Below are positions 46,353-58,069 of a stretch of 64,000 nucleotides of DNA, one piece after another. Position 1 is the stretch's first letter; every line of letters starts with the position of its first letter. Source of the DNA: Nitrospira sp. (GTDB lineage: Bacteria > Nitrospirota > Nitrospiria > Nitrospirales > Nitrospiraceae); the NCBI GenBank assembly GCA_047150005.1, contig AP038806.1, forward strand, positions 2,080,001 through 2,144,000, given 5' to 3'. The notes under the pieces are model-generated. The model was not told the origin of the DNA and ran no database searches. It saw only the letters and a list, made by a program, of their open reading frames with translations. Made by a program: the position numbers and the translations under genes.

Positions 46353-48248
46353 CTACCATATGAGAAACACGGTCACCATCACGACCACGCCCAGCGCCAT
46401 GCCCAAGGCATAGTGCTGGGTCTGTCCGCTCTGAATGAGCCGCAACATCCAAGCTCCCCACGCGACGGCGCGGCCCACACCGTTGACCGCGCCGTCGATG
46501 ACATCGACGTCCACGCGCTTCCACAGTTCGCGCGCGGCGGTGACGGTCGGCGTGACGACGGCGCGATCGTAGGCTTCGTCGACGTACCATTTGTTGAAGG
46601 ACAGCTGATACAGCGACGCCCACTGCCTCGCCCATCGATCCGGGATCTCCGGATTGGCGACGTACACATAATAGGCCCCTGCGATGCCGAGCACTCCGGT
46701 CAGGGTCGCGGTCAGCATGATGGCCAGCGCGGCGCCGCCATGATGGGCTTCGGCTCCGCCGCCGGCGAACATCGGTTCCAGGAACGCGGGAATGCCCAGG
46801 TAGCCTGCCGCGATGCTGAAGATCGCCAGGATCACCAGCGGCACCGTCATGGTCGGCGAAGGTTCGTGGACGTGCGAGGCGTGATGCGCATCGACGTGCG
46901 AAGGGCCCCAGAACGTCACGAATACCAATCGAAAACTGTAAAACGCGGTCACGAGGGCCGTCAGCAGGCCGAAGAGGGCGAGCAGCTGCCCCAGGGGTCC
47001 GGAAGCCCAGGCGGACACCAGGAGCGCGTCTTTGCTGAAAAAACCGGCGGTGAGAGGAAATCCGGCCAAGGCCAGCGAGCCGATCAGAAACGTCCAGTAG
47101 GTGACGGGCAGCTTGTCTTTGAGGCCGCCCATGTGCCGCATGTCCTGCTCGTGATGGAGCGCGATGATGACGGAGCCGCACCCCAGGAACAGCAACGCCT
47201 TGAACGCCCCATGGGTGAGGAGATGGTACATGCCGGCCGCGTACGCACCCAGGCCGCAGGCCATCATCATGTAGCCGAGCTGGCTCATCGTCGAATAGGC
47301 CACGACTCGCTTGATATCGGTCTGGGTGAGCGCGATCGTCGCCCCCAGCACCATCGTCGTCCCGCCGACGACGGCCACCACGACGCCGGCCGCGGGGGCC
47401 AGGTCGTAGAGCGGAGCCAGGCGTGCCACCATGAAGATCCCCGCGGTCACCATCGTGGCCGCATGAATCAACGCGGAGATGGGCGTCGGCCCTTCCATGG
47501 CGTCCGGCAGCCACACGTGCAGGGGGACCTGTGCCGATTTGCCGACCGCGCCGACGAAGAGCAGCAGGCAGATAACCGTCAACACCGGAACGTCCCACTG
47601 TCCGCCGATGGAATGCAGCAGGTTCAGCGTCGCGCCGGCCGAGTCCTTCGCGCGGGCGAAGACCTCGGAATAGTCGAGCGAGCCGAACGTGAGCCAGACC
47701 AGGAGCAAACCCAGGATGAAACCGAAATCCCCCACGCGATTGACGATGAAGGCCTTGGTGGCGGCGGCGCAGGCGGACGGCCGCTCGTACCAGTGGCCGA
47801 TCAGCAGATAGGAGCAAAGCCCGACCGCTTCCCAGAAGACGAACAACTGCAGGAAATTGTCGGCCAGGACCAGCATCAGCATGGAAAAGGTGAACAGCGC
47901 GATGTAGCTGAAGAAGCGGGCGTATCCCGGTTCGCCCGCCATGTAGCCGATCGTGTAGACGTGAACGAGCGTGCTGACGCCCGTCACGAGGATGAGCATG
48001 GCGGCCGTGAGCCGGTCGATGGTCAAGCCAAAATGCACGTCCAGCGTGCCCGAACTGAGCCAGGTATACAACGGCAGGGTCGTGTGATGCCCGCCGGCGA
48101 CGTCGATCAAGGCGACCAGCGATAGCAGGAACGAAACTGCGACCGCCGGGACCGCGATGAAATGAGCCTTGTCCCGGATCCAATGGCCGCCGAGGCCGAG
48201 GATCAGAAAGGAGGCGAAGGGCAAGAATGGAATGAGTTCGTAGGTCAT
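46353..48248 (-). CDS. nuoL: NADH-quinone oxidoreductase subunit L
   Basis: GKSAQVPLHVWLPDAMEGPTP and THGAFKALLFL. Confidence 0.95.
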   Translation of the reverse strand: MTYELIPFLPFASFLILGLGGHWIRDKAHFIAVPAVAVSFLLSLVALIDVAGGHHTTLPLYTWLSSGTLDVHFGLTIDRLTAAMLILVTGVSTLVHVYTIGYMAGEPGYARFFSYIALFTFSMLMLVLADNFLQLFVFWEAVGLCSYLLIGHWYERPSACAAATKAFIVNRVGDFGFILGLLLVWLTFGSLDYSEVFARAKDSAGATLNLLHSIGGQWDVPVLTVICLLLFVGAVGKSAQVPLHVWLPDAMEGPTPISALIHAATMVTAGIFMVARLAPLYDLAPAAGVVVAVVGGTTMVLGATIALTQTDIKRVVAYSTMSQLGYMMMACGLGAYAAGMYHLLTHGAFKALLFLGCGSVIIALHHEQDMRHMGGLKDKLPVTYWTFLIGSLALAGFPLTAGFFSKDALLVSAWASGPLGQLLALFGLLTALVTAFYSFRLVFVTFWGPSHVDAHHASHVHEPSPTMTVPLVILAIFSIAAGYLGIPAFLEPMFAGGGAEAHHGGAALAIMLTATLTGVLGIAGAYYVYVANPEIPDRWARQWASLYQLSFNKWYVDEAYDRAVVTPTVTAARELWKRVDVDVIDGAVNGVGRAVAWGAWMLRLIQSGQTQHYALGMALGVVVMVTVFLIW

Positions 48249-48280
48249 CGTTGCGGGTCCTGTTGCCGACCAGCCCGTCC

Positions 48281-48349
48281 GTCCTCGCACCCCGCCCGGT
48301 GTGGGGACCCCGCTGCGGGCAGACGGGCGCCCAGGTCGGCGCCACCCGC
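48281..48349 (+). repeat. 69-bp dispersed GC-rich repeat, copy 2 (nuoK-nuoL spacer)
   Basis: Direct near-copy of 13468-13536. Confidence 0.85.
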
Positions 48350-48389
48350 AGTCAGCCTACTGTGTAGAAGGAGGGCACTCATTCAAGCA

Positions 48390-48695
48390 CTACCATTTTA
48401 ATAGTTGGAATTCGTCCACGTTGATCGTGGACTTCGACCGATGCAGTGCGATGATGATGGCCAGTCCCACTGCCACCTCCGCCGCGGCCACGGTCAGGGC
48501 GAAGAAGACGAAGACCTGCCCCGCGGCGTGGTGAAAATATTCGGAGAAGGCCACGAAGTTGATGTTCGTGGCGTTCAACATGAGTTCCACGGACAGGAGG
48601 ATGATGATGATGTTTCGTCTGATCAGGACGCCCACCAAGCCGGTCAGGAACACCACGCCGCTGAGGATGAGGTAGAACGACAGGGGCACGGTCAT
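48390..48695 (-). CDS. nuoK: NADH-quinone oxidoreductase subunit K
   Basis: SVELMLNA and [11 protein letters not shown]. Confidence 0.95.
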   Translation of the reverse strand: MTVPLSFYLILSGVVFLTGLVGVLIRRNIIIILLSVELMLNATNINFVAFSEYFHHAAGQVFVFFALTVAAAEVAVGLAIIIALHRSKSTINVDEFQLLKW

Positions 48696-49210
48696 GATTC
48701 CGCCGACTCCGGAAGGTCACGCTTGGCGAGGACGATGGCGCCGATCATGGCGACCAGCAGAATCAGCGAGGCGACTTCGAACGGGAACAGATAGGACGTA
48801 TAGAGGACGTCTCCGAGCGCCTCCGTATTGCCGAGCCCTTCCACCGCCGCCGTCTCCGTGGAGTCGGTTCTGGGGCCGGCCTCTCCCTTCAGCAGGGCCA
48901 GGACCGTTCCTTCTACGACCAAAATTCCCCCGACCAGGGCGGCGACGGGCCATTGGCGGTGGTACCGCTCGTCATGCTTGAGATTCAGGAGCATCACCAC
49001 GAACAGGTACAGCACCAGGATCGCGCCGGCATACACGATGATCTGCACGGCCGCCAGAAACTCCGCGTGCAACGTCACGTAGAGTCCTGCGACGTGAAAA
49101 AACATGATCAACAGGGACAGCGCGCTGTAGATGGGGTTGTGCAGCGCCACGACCAGGATCGAGGTCAGGGCGATGACCAGGGCGAAGTAGAAAAAGAACA
49201 AGGATTCCAT
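48692..49210 (-). CDS. nuoJ: NADH-quinone oxidoreductase subunit J
   Basis: [27 protein letters not shown] and [16 protein letters not shown]. Confidence 0.95.
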   Translation of the reverse strand: MESLFFFYFALVIALTSILVVALHNPIYSALSLLIMFFHVAGLYVTLHAEFLAAVQIIVYAGAILVLYLFVVMLLNLKHDERYHRQWPVAALVGGILVVEGTVLALLKGEAGPRTDSTETAAVEGLGNTEALGDVLYTSYLFPFEVASLILLVAMIGAIVLAKRDLPESAES

Positions 49211-49239
49211 GCTCACCGTTCCTGCGGCTGTGTCGGCGC

Positions 49240-49818
49240 TCAGTTCGGCTTCTGCGGCACGTGGCTGAACGACACGTTGAAGAAGGCCACGTTCGGATGC
49301 TGCAGTTCCAGGCGTTTCTCCCGGACCGGAAAGGACCGGTCGCCGATCGCAAGCAGCTGCTGCTTGTTGAGGTGCAGCTGGCGCTTGTCGTACACCGCCC
49401 ACTCGAATTCCTGCGTCATGCCGAGGGCGTCGACCGGACAGGCTTCCACGCACATGCCGCAGAACAGGCAGCGGGTCATGTCCATGTAGTACTCCTTTGA
49501 GTACCGCTTGGTCGGCTCGCCCGGCACTTCGGCGCTGACGACCCGGATCACTCGCGACGGGCAGGCCGCTTCGCACAGATCGCAGCCCACGCATTTCTCC
49601 GTCCCGTCGTCGTACCGGAGCAGCGCGAGCATCCCGCGATAGTTGTCGGGAAGCGCCCGCTTCTCATGAGGGTACTGGACCGTGATCGGCTTGTAGCGCA
49701 GCAGGTGCGACATGGTGGCCTTCATCCCCACGAGAATCTCGTAGAAGACGATGGTCTTGAGCCACTCGACGAGCCGGGATTTGCGTGTGGGGCCGGGTTG
49801 AACCGGTGCGGTCGACAT
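49240..49818 (-). CDS. nuoI: NADH-quinone oxidoreductase subunit I
   Basis: CVGCDLCEAACP and CLFCGMCVEACP. Confidence 0.95.
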   Translation of the reverse strand: MSTAPVQPGPTRKSRLVEWLKTIVFYEILVGMKATMSHLLRYKPITVQYPHEKRALPDNYRGMLALLRYDDGTEKCVGCDLCEAACPSRVIRVVSAEVPGEPTKRYSKEYYMDMTRCLFCGMCVEACPVDALGMTQEFEWAVYDKRQLHLNKQQLLAIGDRSFPVREKRLELQHPNVAFFNVSFSHVPQKPN

Positions 49819-49828
49819 CCGTCCCTCG

Positions 49829-50899
49829 TCAGCCTCGGAAGAAGTACACGGCGATGGATGTTACGACGATGTTCGCGAGCGCGATCGGCAACATCACCTT
49901 CCACCCGAACTTCATCAATTGATCGTAGCGCAGCCGCGGCAGGGTGGCGCGCAGCCAGAAGAACAGAAACAAGAATGCATAGGTCTTGACGGTGAACCAG
50001 GCGATGTTTTCCGCCCAGGCGACCTGCGGCAGTCCGACCTGCGCCAGGATCGTTCCCGGGTAGGGCGCGTTCCAGCCGCCCAAGAACATCACGGCCGCGA
50101 TGCAGGACACGAGCACCATGTTGGCATACTCGGCGATGAAGAAGAAGGCGAACCGCATGCCGCTGTACTCCGTGAAGAATCCCGCCACGAGCTCGCTTTC
50201 CGCTTCGGGCAGGTCGAACGGCACGCGGTTGGTTTCCGCGACCGCCGAGATCACGTACACCACGAATGCGAAGATCTGCGGCGCCGGAAGCGCGAACACG
50301 TACCAGTGCCAGAACCCGCCGCTCTGGGCGTCGGCGATTTTGACGAGGCTCAGGGAGCCGGCCAGGATCAGCACGCCCACGATGGCCAGCCCGACGTTGA
50401 GTTCGTAGCTGATGACCTGGGCGGCGGAGCGCAAGCCGCCCAACAGGGAATACTTGCTGTTGGAGGCCCACCCTCCCAGGATGATGCCGTACGCGCCGAT
50501 GGAGGTGAACGCCAGGATGTACAGGATGCCGATGTTGATGTCGCTGATGATGAAGGGTTTGACCGAGATCCCGAAGAACTCGAACGTCTGACCGGGTCCG
50601 AACGGAATCACGGCAAAGCCGATCAGTGCGGGCACCATTGCGAGAATGGGGGCCAGGGTGAACATGAATTTGTTGGCCCCGGCCGGCACGATGTCTTCCT
50701 TGAAGAAGAGCTTCAGTCCGTCGGCGATCGGCTGCAGGACGCCGTAGGGACCGACTTCCATCGGGCCCATGCGGTCCTGCATCCAGCCGAGCACCTTTCG
50801 TTCGGCCAACGTCAGGATCATCACCGTCAACATGACGACGCCCATGACGGCGGCGATCTGAGCAAGCGACACGGCGAGACGCACGCTGAGTTCGGTCAC
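49829..50899 (-). CDS. nuoH: NADH-quinone oxidoreductase subunit H
   Basis: [14 protein letters not shown] and [19 protein letters not shown]. Confidence 0.95.
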   Translation of the reverse strand: MTELSVRLAVSLAQIAAVMGVVMLTVMILTLAERKVLGWMQDRMGPMEVGPYGVLQPIADGLKLFFKEDIVPAGANKFMFTLAPILAMVPALIGFAVIPFGPGQTFEFFGISVKPFIISDINIGILYILAFTSIGAYGIILGGWASNSKYSLLGGLRSAAQVISYELNVGLAIVGVLILAGSLSLVKIADAQSGGFWHWYVFALPAPQIFAFVVYVISAVAETNRVPFDLPEAESELVAGFFTEYSGMRFAFFFIAEYANMVLVSCIAAVMFLGGWNAPYPGTILAQVGLPQVAWAENIAWFTVKTYAFLFLFFWLRATLPRLRYDQLMKFGWKVMLPIALANIVVTSIAVYFFRG

Positions 50900-50916
50900 G
50901 ACAACACTCCCTTCTC

Positions 50917-53586
50917 TTACTCGACCTTGACGACCGATACGAAGGCCGCCCGGAACGACGGGACCTTCGTTTCCTTATCGATCGTGATCTCGCATAACTG
51001 AGTCATGTCCTGGGCGAAGTGGTCGGGGAACCACGCGAATCCCTTCGGAACGCGTTCAAGCAGTTTCACGGTCGTCGTGCAGGAACCCCGTTCATTGGAC
51101 AGCGTGACGCGGTCTCCAGCGCTCACAGTCAACTGTGCCGCGTCTTCGGGGTTGAGCCGCACCATGCCCGCGGCTTCCACCTGGACCAGTCCCTTCGAAC
51201 GAGTCGACAGCTTGCCGGAATGGAACAGACTCTGCACGAGCCCCAACGTCAGTGCACCGGCAGGCCGGCTCGTTGGGAGGGGCAGAGTATACCGGTCGGC
51301 AAGGTCCCGACGAAACCCCCCTGCGAGGTAGCGGCCGAGTGCTTCCTGATCCACCTTGGCCGACACGGGCGTCGGCCCGAGGGGTCCATATCCCGGAACG
51401 ATGCTGCGGATTTCCTTCAGCAGATCTTTGGTGTCCGCGTACTCCCAGGGCGTGCCGAGCAAGATCGCCAAGGCCGAGAACATGTCCCAGTCCGGGCGGC
51501 TTTCGCCGACCGGCTCGATCGCGGGGCGGACCGCTTGCGCGTGCCCTTCGGAGTTCGTAAATGTACCGGCTTTCTCGAAGGAGGACGCGGCAGGCAGCAC
51601 GACGTGCGCCAAGGACGCGGTCTCCGTGAGGAAGAGTTCCTGACACAGGAGGAAGTCCAACTTCTTGAGCTTGTCTTTCACACCGAGATGGGCTGGGAGG
51701 CTGGCCACCGGATTTTCGCCGACGATCAACATGGCCTTGAGCCGGCCGGCCCCGGCCTGCTCGATCATGTCGACGAGCGTCGCGCCGGGATGGTCGGGCG
51801 GAGTCCCCTTCCAGACCTGTGCAATCCGCTTTCGAGCCGTCTCGTCCGATACCTCGCAGGGCCCCGGCAACCATTCGGCCACGGCGCCCATTTCGACTGC
51901 CCCCTGGTCGTTGTTTTCTTCGGCCAGAGGGGCGAAGCCGCAGCCCGGGGCGGCGGCTTTTCCGAGCAGGAGGAGCAGATCCAGAAGATTGAGGCTTGCG
52001 TGATACCCGCCGGGGCTGCGCAAGAGCCCTTGGCCGGCGAGGACGACGACGCGCCGGCCAAGGGCAAGCGCCGTGACGATCTCGACGAACTGCTGCTGGG
52101 AAGCTCCTGTTCGAGCCGTCACATCTGTCCAGGCGAGCTGTTCGAGGCGTTGGGAGAGGGCCGCGACGTAGTCCGGCGCTTGCGTGCGCAGAGCGACGTC
52201 GACGTGATTTCCCTCCACCACGGCCTTGAGAAGGCCGAGCACGGCAGCCGGAAACTGTTCCGGTCCCATACAGAGGTGATGGCGCGACAGGTTGGCGATA
52301 TTGCTGATCGTGTCGATTGCCGGCTGCACCGACTCGATTGTCACCAGGTCGGCCTGGTGCTTCTTCACCGCTTCCTTCACCTTGAGGCCCGTGATCGGAT
52401 TCGCCTCGGTGAGATTTGTGCCGATCAACAATATGATGTCGGCGTGCACGATGTCCTCGAACGCGAGCGTCCAGCGGTGCGTGCCCTGGACGCGCTGCGT
52501 GGCCCGGACGGCGTTGAGGTGGCCATAGCGGGCGCTGCTGTCCACATTGTTCGTACCGACGGCGAGACGCAAGAGCTTTTGGAAGAGATACAGTTCTTCG
52601 TTGGTCAGGCGACCGGAGATCAGTCCGCCCACTGCCTGAGAACCGGATTGGGCCTTGATTTCCCGCAGCCGTTGGGCGGTCAACTGCAGCGCCGCTTCCC
52701 ATGTGGCTTCGATCAGCACCCCGTTTTGCCGGATCAACGGCTTGGTGAGCCGTTCCGGATTGGCCGCCGCATGGAACCCGAAAAAACCCCTGGCGCAGAG
52801 GTCGCCGTTGTTGCGGCCTGCCCCTTGAGCCGAATTGACTTCGATGAGCTGGTTGCCTTTCGTCTGCACGGTGATCTGGCAGCCGTCTCCGCAGTAGCCG
52901 CAGACCGTATCGGCCCGTTTGAGCATCCAGGGCCGGTACTCGTACATCGACAACCGGCTGGTGATCGCGCCGACCGGACAGATCTGGACGCAGCCGCCGC
53001 AGAACTCGCAATCGAGCGGATGCGCGGCGAAGGACTTGATCTCGGTCATGGTGCCGCGGCCCACGGGGGCCAGGGCCTTGACGTCCATCACTTCGTCGCA
53101 ATAGCGGACGCAGCGCAGGCATTGTACGCAACGGTTCATCTGGGTCTCGATCAGCGGGCTGAAATATTCTTTTTGGAAAATCCGCTTGGTCTCGACGAAC
53201 CGGCTGGCCGTCGCCGTGTACTCGTGTGAAAAGTCCTGCAGGTCGCATTTGCCACCCTGGTCGCACACCGGGCAGTCCAGCGGATGATTGGCGAGGATGA
53301 ACTCAAGCACCGACTTGTGCGCGTCATGGACGACCGTGGTGGCTGTGCGGACGGTCATGCCGTCGGTCGCCACGGTGCTGCACGACGTCTGCAGCTTGGG
53401 CATTTTCTCGACTTCCACCAGACACATGCGGCAGTTGGCATCCGGCTTCAGCTTGGGGTGATAGCAGAAATGCGGAATCATGACGCCGACCCGCCGCGCC
53501 GCCTCGATGACGAGGGTGCCCTTCGGGACCGTGACGGAGATGCCGTCGATGGTCAACCGGACCGTTTCTGCCGAAGCGTCAGCCAT
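50917..53586 (-). CDS. nuoG: NADH-quinone oxidoreductase subunit G
   Basis: [32 protein letters not shown] and CGYCGDGC. Molybdopterin-oxidoreductase-like C-terminus. Confidence 0.95.
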   Translation of the reverse strand: MADASAETVRLTIDGISVTVPKGTLVIEAARRVGVMIPHFCYHPKLKPDANCRMCLVEVEKMPKLQTSCSTVATDGMTVRTATTVVHDAHKSVLEFILANHPLDCPVCDQGGKCDLQDFSHEYTATASRFVETKRIFQKEYFSPLIETQMNRCVQCLRCVRYCDEVMDVKALAPVGRGTMTEIKSFAAHPLDCEFCGGCVQICPVGAITSRLSMYEYRPWMLKRADTVCGYCGDGCQITVQTKGNQLIEVNSAQGAGRNNGDLCARGFFGFHAAANPERLTKPLIRQNGVLIEATWEAALQLTAQRLREIKAQSGSQAVGGLISGRLTNEELYLFQKLLRLAVGTNNVDSSARYGHLNAVRATQRVQGTHRWTLAFEDIVHADIILLIGTNLTEANPITGLKVKEAVKKHQADLVTIESVQPAIDTISNIANLSRHHLCMGPEQFPAAVLGLLKAVVEGNHVDVALRTQAPDYVAALSQRLEQLAWTDVTARTGASQQQFVEIVTALALGRRVVVLAGQGLLRSPGGYHASLNLLDLLLLLGKAAAPGCGFAPLAEENNDQGAVEMGAVAEWLPGPCEVSDETARKRIAQVWKGTPPDHPGATLVDMIEQAGAGRLKAMLIVGENPVASLPAHLGVKDKLKKLDFLLCQELFLTETASLAHVVLPAASSFEKAGTFTNSEGHAQAVRPAIEPVGESRPDWDMFSALAILLGTPWEYADTKDLLKEIRSIVPGYGPLGPTPVSAKVDQEALGRYLAGGFRRDLADRYTLPLPTSRPAGALTLGLVQSLFHSGKLSTRSKGLVQVEAAGMVRLNPEDAAQLTVSAGDRVTLSNERGSCTTTVKLLERVPKGFAWFPDHFAQDMTQLCEITIDKETKVPSFRAAFVSVVKVE

Positions 53587-53592
53587 GAGATT

Positions 53593-53703
53593 CGTCGTTC
53601 GTCGTTCGTGAATCGTGAAGCGTCCATCCGTAGAACAGAACAGGGTCATGTGGGACTTGCCGTCCGCGAGACACGAGATGCGAGATATGCTTCACGAGAA
53701 ACA
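53593..53703. repeat. Inverted heptamer array (nuoF-nuoG spacer)
   Basis: CGTCGTT CGTCGTT CGTGAAT CGTGAAG ... AGACACG AGATGCG AGATATG CTTCACG. Confidence 0.8.
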
Positions 53704-55011
53704 TCAGTGTCGTGCTCCCACCGGGATCGATTTGATGAGATTCGCCGCTTCCGCCTCGTGAATCAGCGCCACATACTCCTGGCGCCAATGTTTCAAGGTA
53801 CTCATGATGGGTGCGACCTCGGCGTCGCCGAAGGCACAGACCGTGCGGCCGGCGATGTTCTTGCACAGATCCGTCAACGTTTCAAGGTCCTGCGCTCTGC
53901 CCTGTTTGGCCACGATGCGGCGCATGGTCTGCACCAGCCAGGAGCTGCCTTCACGGCAGGGAGTGCACTTGCCGCAGGACTCGTGGTAGAAAAATTCCAT
54001 GAGGCGGAGAGCGGCCCAGACCATGCTGGTCCCTTCTTCCATCACCGTGACGCCGCCGGACCCCAGCATGGAGCCGGCGGCCGCCACCGATTCAAAGTCG
54101 AGCTTCACGTCGAGATGGGCCGGGGTCAAAAACGGCGCCGACGCGCCGCCCGGTATAAAGGCCTTGATGGGTTTGTCTCCCCGCATCCCGCCGGCCTGTT
54201 CGTAGATCAGCTCGCGAAACGTCACGCCCATGGGCACTTCGTAATTGCCCGGCCGCTTCACATGCCCGCTGACACAGAAGATCCTCGTGCCCGTGCTCTT
54301 GGGCGGAGAGCCGATCGACGCGAACCATTCGGCGCCGCGGTTGAGAATGTGCGGGAGGTTCGCCAGCGTCTCCACGTTGTTGACGACGGTGGGCTTGTTG
54401 TACAGACCGTGCGTGGCGGGAAACGGGGGCTTGACGCGCGGCAGGCCGCGCTTGCCTTCCAGGGATTCGAGGAGCGCGGTCTCCTCGCCGCAAATGTAAG
54501 CCCCGGCCCCGCGGTGGACGACGATGTCGACGTTGACGCCTGTGCCGAGAATGTTCTTGCCGACGTAGCCGGCCGATCTGGCTTCCTCGATCGCCCGCTC
54601 CAGGATTTTGGAGCCCAACACCATCTCGCCTCGGATATAAATGTAGGTTGATTTGGCTCCGATCGCGTAGCCGGCCAGGACGATGCCCTCCAAAAGCTGG
54701 TGAGGATCCCGCTCCATGAGCTGCCGGTCTTTGAACGTGCCCGGCTCGCTCTCGTCGGCGTTGCAGCACAGATACCGCGGACCAGGGTGATCCTTGGGAA
54801 GAAAGCCCCATTTCACACCGGTCGGAAAACCGGCTCCGCCGCGGCCCCGGAGCCCGGACTTCATGACGATGGCCGTGACGTCGGCCGGAGCGATCTTGCC
54901 GAGCGCCTTTCTGAGCGCCTGATAGCCGCCCATCCGCTCGTAGTCGGCAAGCGAACCGGTATAGTCGGGCTGCATCATGTTTTTTAGAAGAATCAGTTCG
55001 TGCTTCGCCAT
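53704..55011 (-). CDS. nuoF: NADH-quinone oxidoreductase subunit F
   Basis: GLRGRGGAGFP, NADESEPG, GAGAYICGEE and ESCGKCTPCREG. Confidence 0.96.
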   Translation of the reverse strand: MAKHELILLKNMMQPDYTGSLADYERMGGYQALRKALGKIAPADVTAIVMKSGLRGRGGAGFPTGVKWGFLPKDHPGPRYLCCNADESEPGTFKDRQLMERDPHQLLEGIVLAGYAIGAKSTYIYIRGEMVLGSKILERAIEEARSAGYVGKNILGTGVNVDIVVHRGAGAYICGEETALLESLEGKRGLPRVKPPFPATHGLYNKPTVVNNVETLANLPHILNRGAEWFASIGSPPKSTGTRIFCVSGHVKRPGNYEVPMGVTFRELIYEQAGGMRGDKPIKAFIPGGASAPFLTPAHLDVKLDFESVAAAGSMLGSGGVTVMEEGTSMVWAALRLMEFFYHESCGKCTPCREGSSWLVQTMRRIVAKQGRAQDLETLTDLCKNIAGRTVCAFGDAEVAPIMSTLKHWRQEYVALIHEAEAANLIKSIPVGARH

Positions 55012-55020
55012 GTTTAGTTT

Positions 55021-55106
55021 CGTGAAGCGTCGTTCGTGAAGCGTGAAGCGCCAGGCTTCTTACATTTCATGTCCGCGAACGACGAGATACGAACCCCGCT
55101 TCACAC
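55021..55106. repeat. Inverted heptamer array (nuoE-nuoF spacer)
   Basis: CGTGAAG CGTCGTT CGTGAAG CGTGAAG ... AACGACG AGATACG AACCCCG CTTCACA. Confidence 0.8.
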
Positions 55107-55637
55107 GCCCTGCTTCGCGGGCGCCGGTTCCGGCCACATGAACGGCCCGCTCTTCAGCGTGCTCGACCCGGTCGTGCGAAGATCGGCCAGAATCCGATCC
55201 ACCTTCTCCTCGGTCAGCCGTTCGTAATAGTCGTCGTTGATCTGCATCATCGGGCCTGTCCCGCAGGCAGCCAGGCATTCCACCGCGGACAGGGTGAACA
55301 GACCGTCGGCCGTGGTCTCGCCGGGCCCGATACTCAGCTTCGTTTTGATCCAGCCGATCAGAGTGTCCGAGCCGACGAGCGCGCACATCAGCGACTTGCA
55401 GACCTGAATGTGGTGCGTACCCACCTTCTTGAGATTCAACATCGTATAGAAGGTGACGGTCTCGTAGACTTGCGGCGGGGTCAAACGGAGGAGGCCGGCG
55501 ATTTCGGTCATCGCTGCTTCCGTCAGGTAGCCCTCTTCCCGCTGGGCCAGATAGAGCAGCGGAATCAGCGCCGACCGTTTCACCGGATAGCGCGACAGGA
55601 TATCCGCAATTTCGTCCCTGTATTTTTCTGACAACAT
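55101..55637 (-). CDS. nuoE: NADH-quinone oxidoreductase subunit E
   Basis: VCKSLMC and ECLAACG [2Fe-2S] ligands. Confidence 0.95.
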   Translation of the reverse strand: MLSEKYRDEIADILSRYPVKRSALIPLLYLAQREEGYLTEAAMTEIAGLLRLTPPQVYETVTFYTMLNLKKVGTHHIQVCKSLMCALVGSDTLIGWIKTKLSIGPGETTADGLFTLSAVECLAACGTGPMMQINDDYYERLTEEKVDRILADLRTTGSSTLKSGPFMWPEPAPAKQGV

Positions 55638-55665
55638 CGGCTGTTGAAATCCGCAGTGAGAAGTT

Positions 55666-57420
55666 TTACCGGTCGCACTCGCCCATGACGATATCGTACG
55701 TGCCGAAAATCGTGATGATGTCCGAAATCAGATAGCCGCGAGCCATGTGGTCGAAGGCGCCCATATGCACGAACGAAGGGGATCGGATCTTCAACCGATA
55801 GGGCCGGGCGGACCCGTCGCTGACGATGAAGAAGCCCAGCTCGCCTTTCGGCGCCTCGGTCCCGCAATAGGTCTCGGCCTTCGGAGGTTTCAGCCCCTGG
55901 GTGAAGATGATGAAGTGATGGATCAGACTCTCCATGTCCCGCATGACGTGAGGCTTCGGCGGAGGAATGTACTGCGGAGCATCCGCCATGATTGCGCCGG
56001 CCGGCAATTGATCGAGACACTGCTGAATGATACGCGCGCTTTGGCGCATCTCTTCCATCCGGACCCAATACCGGTCATAGGTATCGCCTTTTTTCCCGAT
56101 CGGCACTTCCCAGTCGACTTTGTCGTACGCGCCGTATGGCTCGGTCTTGCGGATGTCGTAGGCGACGCCCGATCCCCGGAGCACCGGCCCGGTGCAGCCG
56201 AAGTTGATGGCGTCCTCGGCCGAGATGACCGCGACATTCTTGGTCCGCCCAAGCCAGATCCGGTTCGAGGCGATCAGCGAGTCGTATTCCTTCACCTTGT
56301 CGGGGAACGTTGCCAAGAAGGTTTTGAGCCGTTGAATCAGCTCCGGTGTCAAATCGCTGTCCACGCCGCCGATCCGATAGTAGTTCAATGTGAGGCGCGC
56401 GCCGCAGAGTTTCTCGAAGAGGTCGAGCAGCACCTCCCGCTCGCGAAACGTCCAGAAAAAGACCGTCATGGCGCCGATGTCCAGCGCCTGCGTGCCGAGC
56501 CAGAACAGATGTCCGATGATCCGCTGCATTTCGGCCACGATCGTCCGAATGTATTCCGCCCGGTCCGGAATCGTGATGCCGAGCAGCTTCTCCACGGCCC
56601 GCACGTAGGCATAATTGTTGGCCATCGCACAGACGTAGTCGAGCCGGTCGGTATGAGGAATGATCTGCATGTAGGCCAGCCCTTCGGAGAGCTTTTCCAC
56701 TCCCCGATGCAGGTAGCCGAGATCGGGCGTGGCCTTCACGATCCGCTCGCCGTCCAATTCCAGGACGACGCGCAACACGCCGTGCGTGCTGGGATGCTGC
56801 GGCCCCATGTTGAGCAGCAGTTCTTCGCGCCGCAGGGACCCCGGTCGCTCCTGCTCGGCGGCCCGAAAGGCCTGCTTTTGGCTCTCGGGGATCTCGCTGT
56901 CCGCGGAGTCGGACGGCGGCTCGTCCAGCCGGGGAATGAAGTCGAAGTGGCTGCGCCACCCGCGCCCTTCCGCAGGGAAGTCTTTTCGCAAGGGAAAGCC
57001 TTCGTCATAGTCTTCCGGCATGAGAATGCGCCGGAGATCGGGATGCCCGGCGAAGCGGATCCCCATCATGTCGTAGACTTCACGTTCGAGAAACTCCGCG
57101 CCTTTCCATACGGGGGTCACGGAAGCGATGGTGGGGTTGTCCTCCGACAGCCGGGCCTTCAGACGGAGCCGGCGGTTTCGGGAGAGGGAATGGAGATGGT
57201 AGACGACTTCAAACCGTTGCTGGTCCTCCGGGTAGTCCACGGAACAGATATCGGTGAGATGGTTGAAGGAGGCTTCCGGCTCGTCGTGGAGGAACCGGCT
57301 CAATTCGAGCATGTGCTCGGCCGCGACGTGGATCGAAACCTCCGAACGCTCCGTGTCCGCCTGGACGGACAGCACAGCCTTCGGAAACCGCGTCATCAGC
57401 ATTTCGATCAGTGATTGCAT
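55666..57420 (-). CDS. nuoCD: Fused NADH-quinone oxidoreductase subunit C/D
   Basis: [10 protein letters not shown]...HPDLRRIL...PLRKDF (NuoC) and [32 protein letters not shown] (NuoD) lie in one ORF. Confidence 0.95.
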   Translation of the reverse strand: MQSLIEMLMTRFPKAVLSVQADTERSEVSIHVAAEHMLELSRFLHDEPEASFNHLTDICSVDYPEDQQRFEVVYHLHSLSRNRRLRLKARLSEDNPTIASVTPVWKGAEFLEREVYDMMGIRFAGHPDLRRILMPEDYDEGFPLRKDFPAEGRGWRSHFDFIPRLDEPPSDSADSEIPESQKQAFRAAEQERPGSLRREELLLNMGPQHPSTHGVLRVVLELDGERIVKATPDLGYLHRGVEKLSEGLAYMQIIPHTDRLDYVCAMANNYAYVRAVEKLLGITIPDRAEYIRTIVAEMQRIIGHLFWLGTQALDIGAMTVFFWTFREREVLLDLFEKLCGARLTLNYYRIGGVDSDLTPELIQRLKTFLATFPDKVKEYDSLIASNRIWLGRTKNVAVISAEDAINFGCTGPVLRGSGVAYDIRKTEPYGAYDKVDWEVPIGKKGDTYDRYWVRMEEMRQSARIIQQCLDQLPAGAIMADAPQYIPPPKPHVMRDMESLIHHFIIFTQGLKPPKAETYCGTEAPKGELGFFIVSDGSARPYRLKIRSPSFVHMGAFDHMARGYLISDIITIFGTYDIVMGECDR

Positions 57421-57501
57421 GACACACTCTGTCTCGGGTGGCAAACCCGGGCCCGATCATGGAGGAATCTCCACGAAGCCGTTCTTGCGTTCACACCGGC
57501 A

Positions 57502-57981
57502 TTATTTGACGAACACTTTTTCCCGCTGAATTTTCTCCTGCAGTTTCAGGAGCCCGTCGATCAACGCTTCGGGACGAGGCGGGCAGCCCGGGACGTACAC
57601 ATCGACCGGCACGATCTGATCGACGCCCTGAACGACGGCGTAACTATTGTAGTGGTTGCCGGACGTCGCGCAGGACCCCATGGAGATGACATATCGTGGC
57701 TCCGGCATCTGGTCGTAGATGCGACGGATGACCGGCGCCATTTTGCGTGTGACCGTGCCGGCCACAATCATGAGATCGGACTGCCGGGGCGAGGCGCGAA
57801 AGACGCCGGCCCCGAAGCGGTCGATGTCATAGCGGGAGGAGACGCTGGCGATCATCTCGATGGCGCAGCAGGCCAGACCGAACGTCATGGGCCACAGAGC
57901 GGACTTTCTGGCCCAGTTCACGACCGCGTCGAGATTGGTCGTAATGATATTCGCTTCCAGCTGCCGTTCTAAAAAGCTCAT
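57502..57981 (-). CDS. nuoB: NADH-quinone oxidoreductase subunit B
   Basis: [16 protein letters not shown] and VPGCPPRPE. Confidence 0.96.
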   Translation of the reverse strand: MSFLERQLEANIITTNLDAVVNWARKSALWPMTFGLACCAIEMIASVSSRYDIDRFGAGVFRASPRQSDLMIVAGTVTRKMAPVIRRIYDQMPEPRYVISMGSCATSGNHYNSYAVVQGVDQIVPVDVYVPGCPPRPEALIDGLLKLQEKIQREKVFVK

Positions 57982-57992
57982 CGCGTTCGCTC

Positions 57993-58027
57993 CAGTGCTG
58001 AGTGCTGAGTGCTGAGTCCTGAGACTC
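57993..58027. repeat. (GTGCTGA)n heptamer tandem repeat
   Basis: CAGTGCTGAGTGCTGAGTGCTGAGTCCTGAG, the reverse complement of the CTCAGCA units at 20322-20352. Confidence 0.8.
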
Positions 58028-58069
58028 GGCCTCGGTGTATTTCTCCACACCCCTCAAAGAATGAAATGA

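Noticed and set aside
43266..48248. Non-canonical complex I with a duplicated NuoM
   Set aside because: Only one nuoM is present. The 983-aa ORF in the track is nuoN with a spurious upstream extension overlapping nuoM.
55666..57420. NuoC-NuoD fusion as a novelty
   Set aside because: This is a common arrangement, found for example in E. coli.
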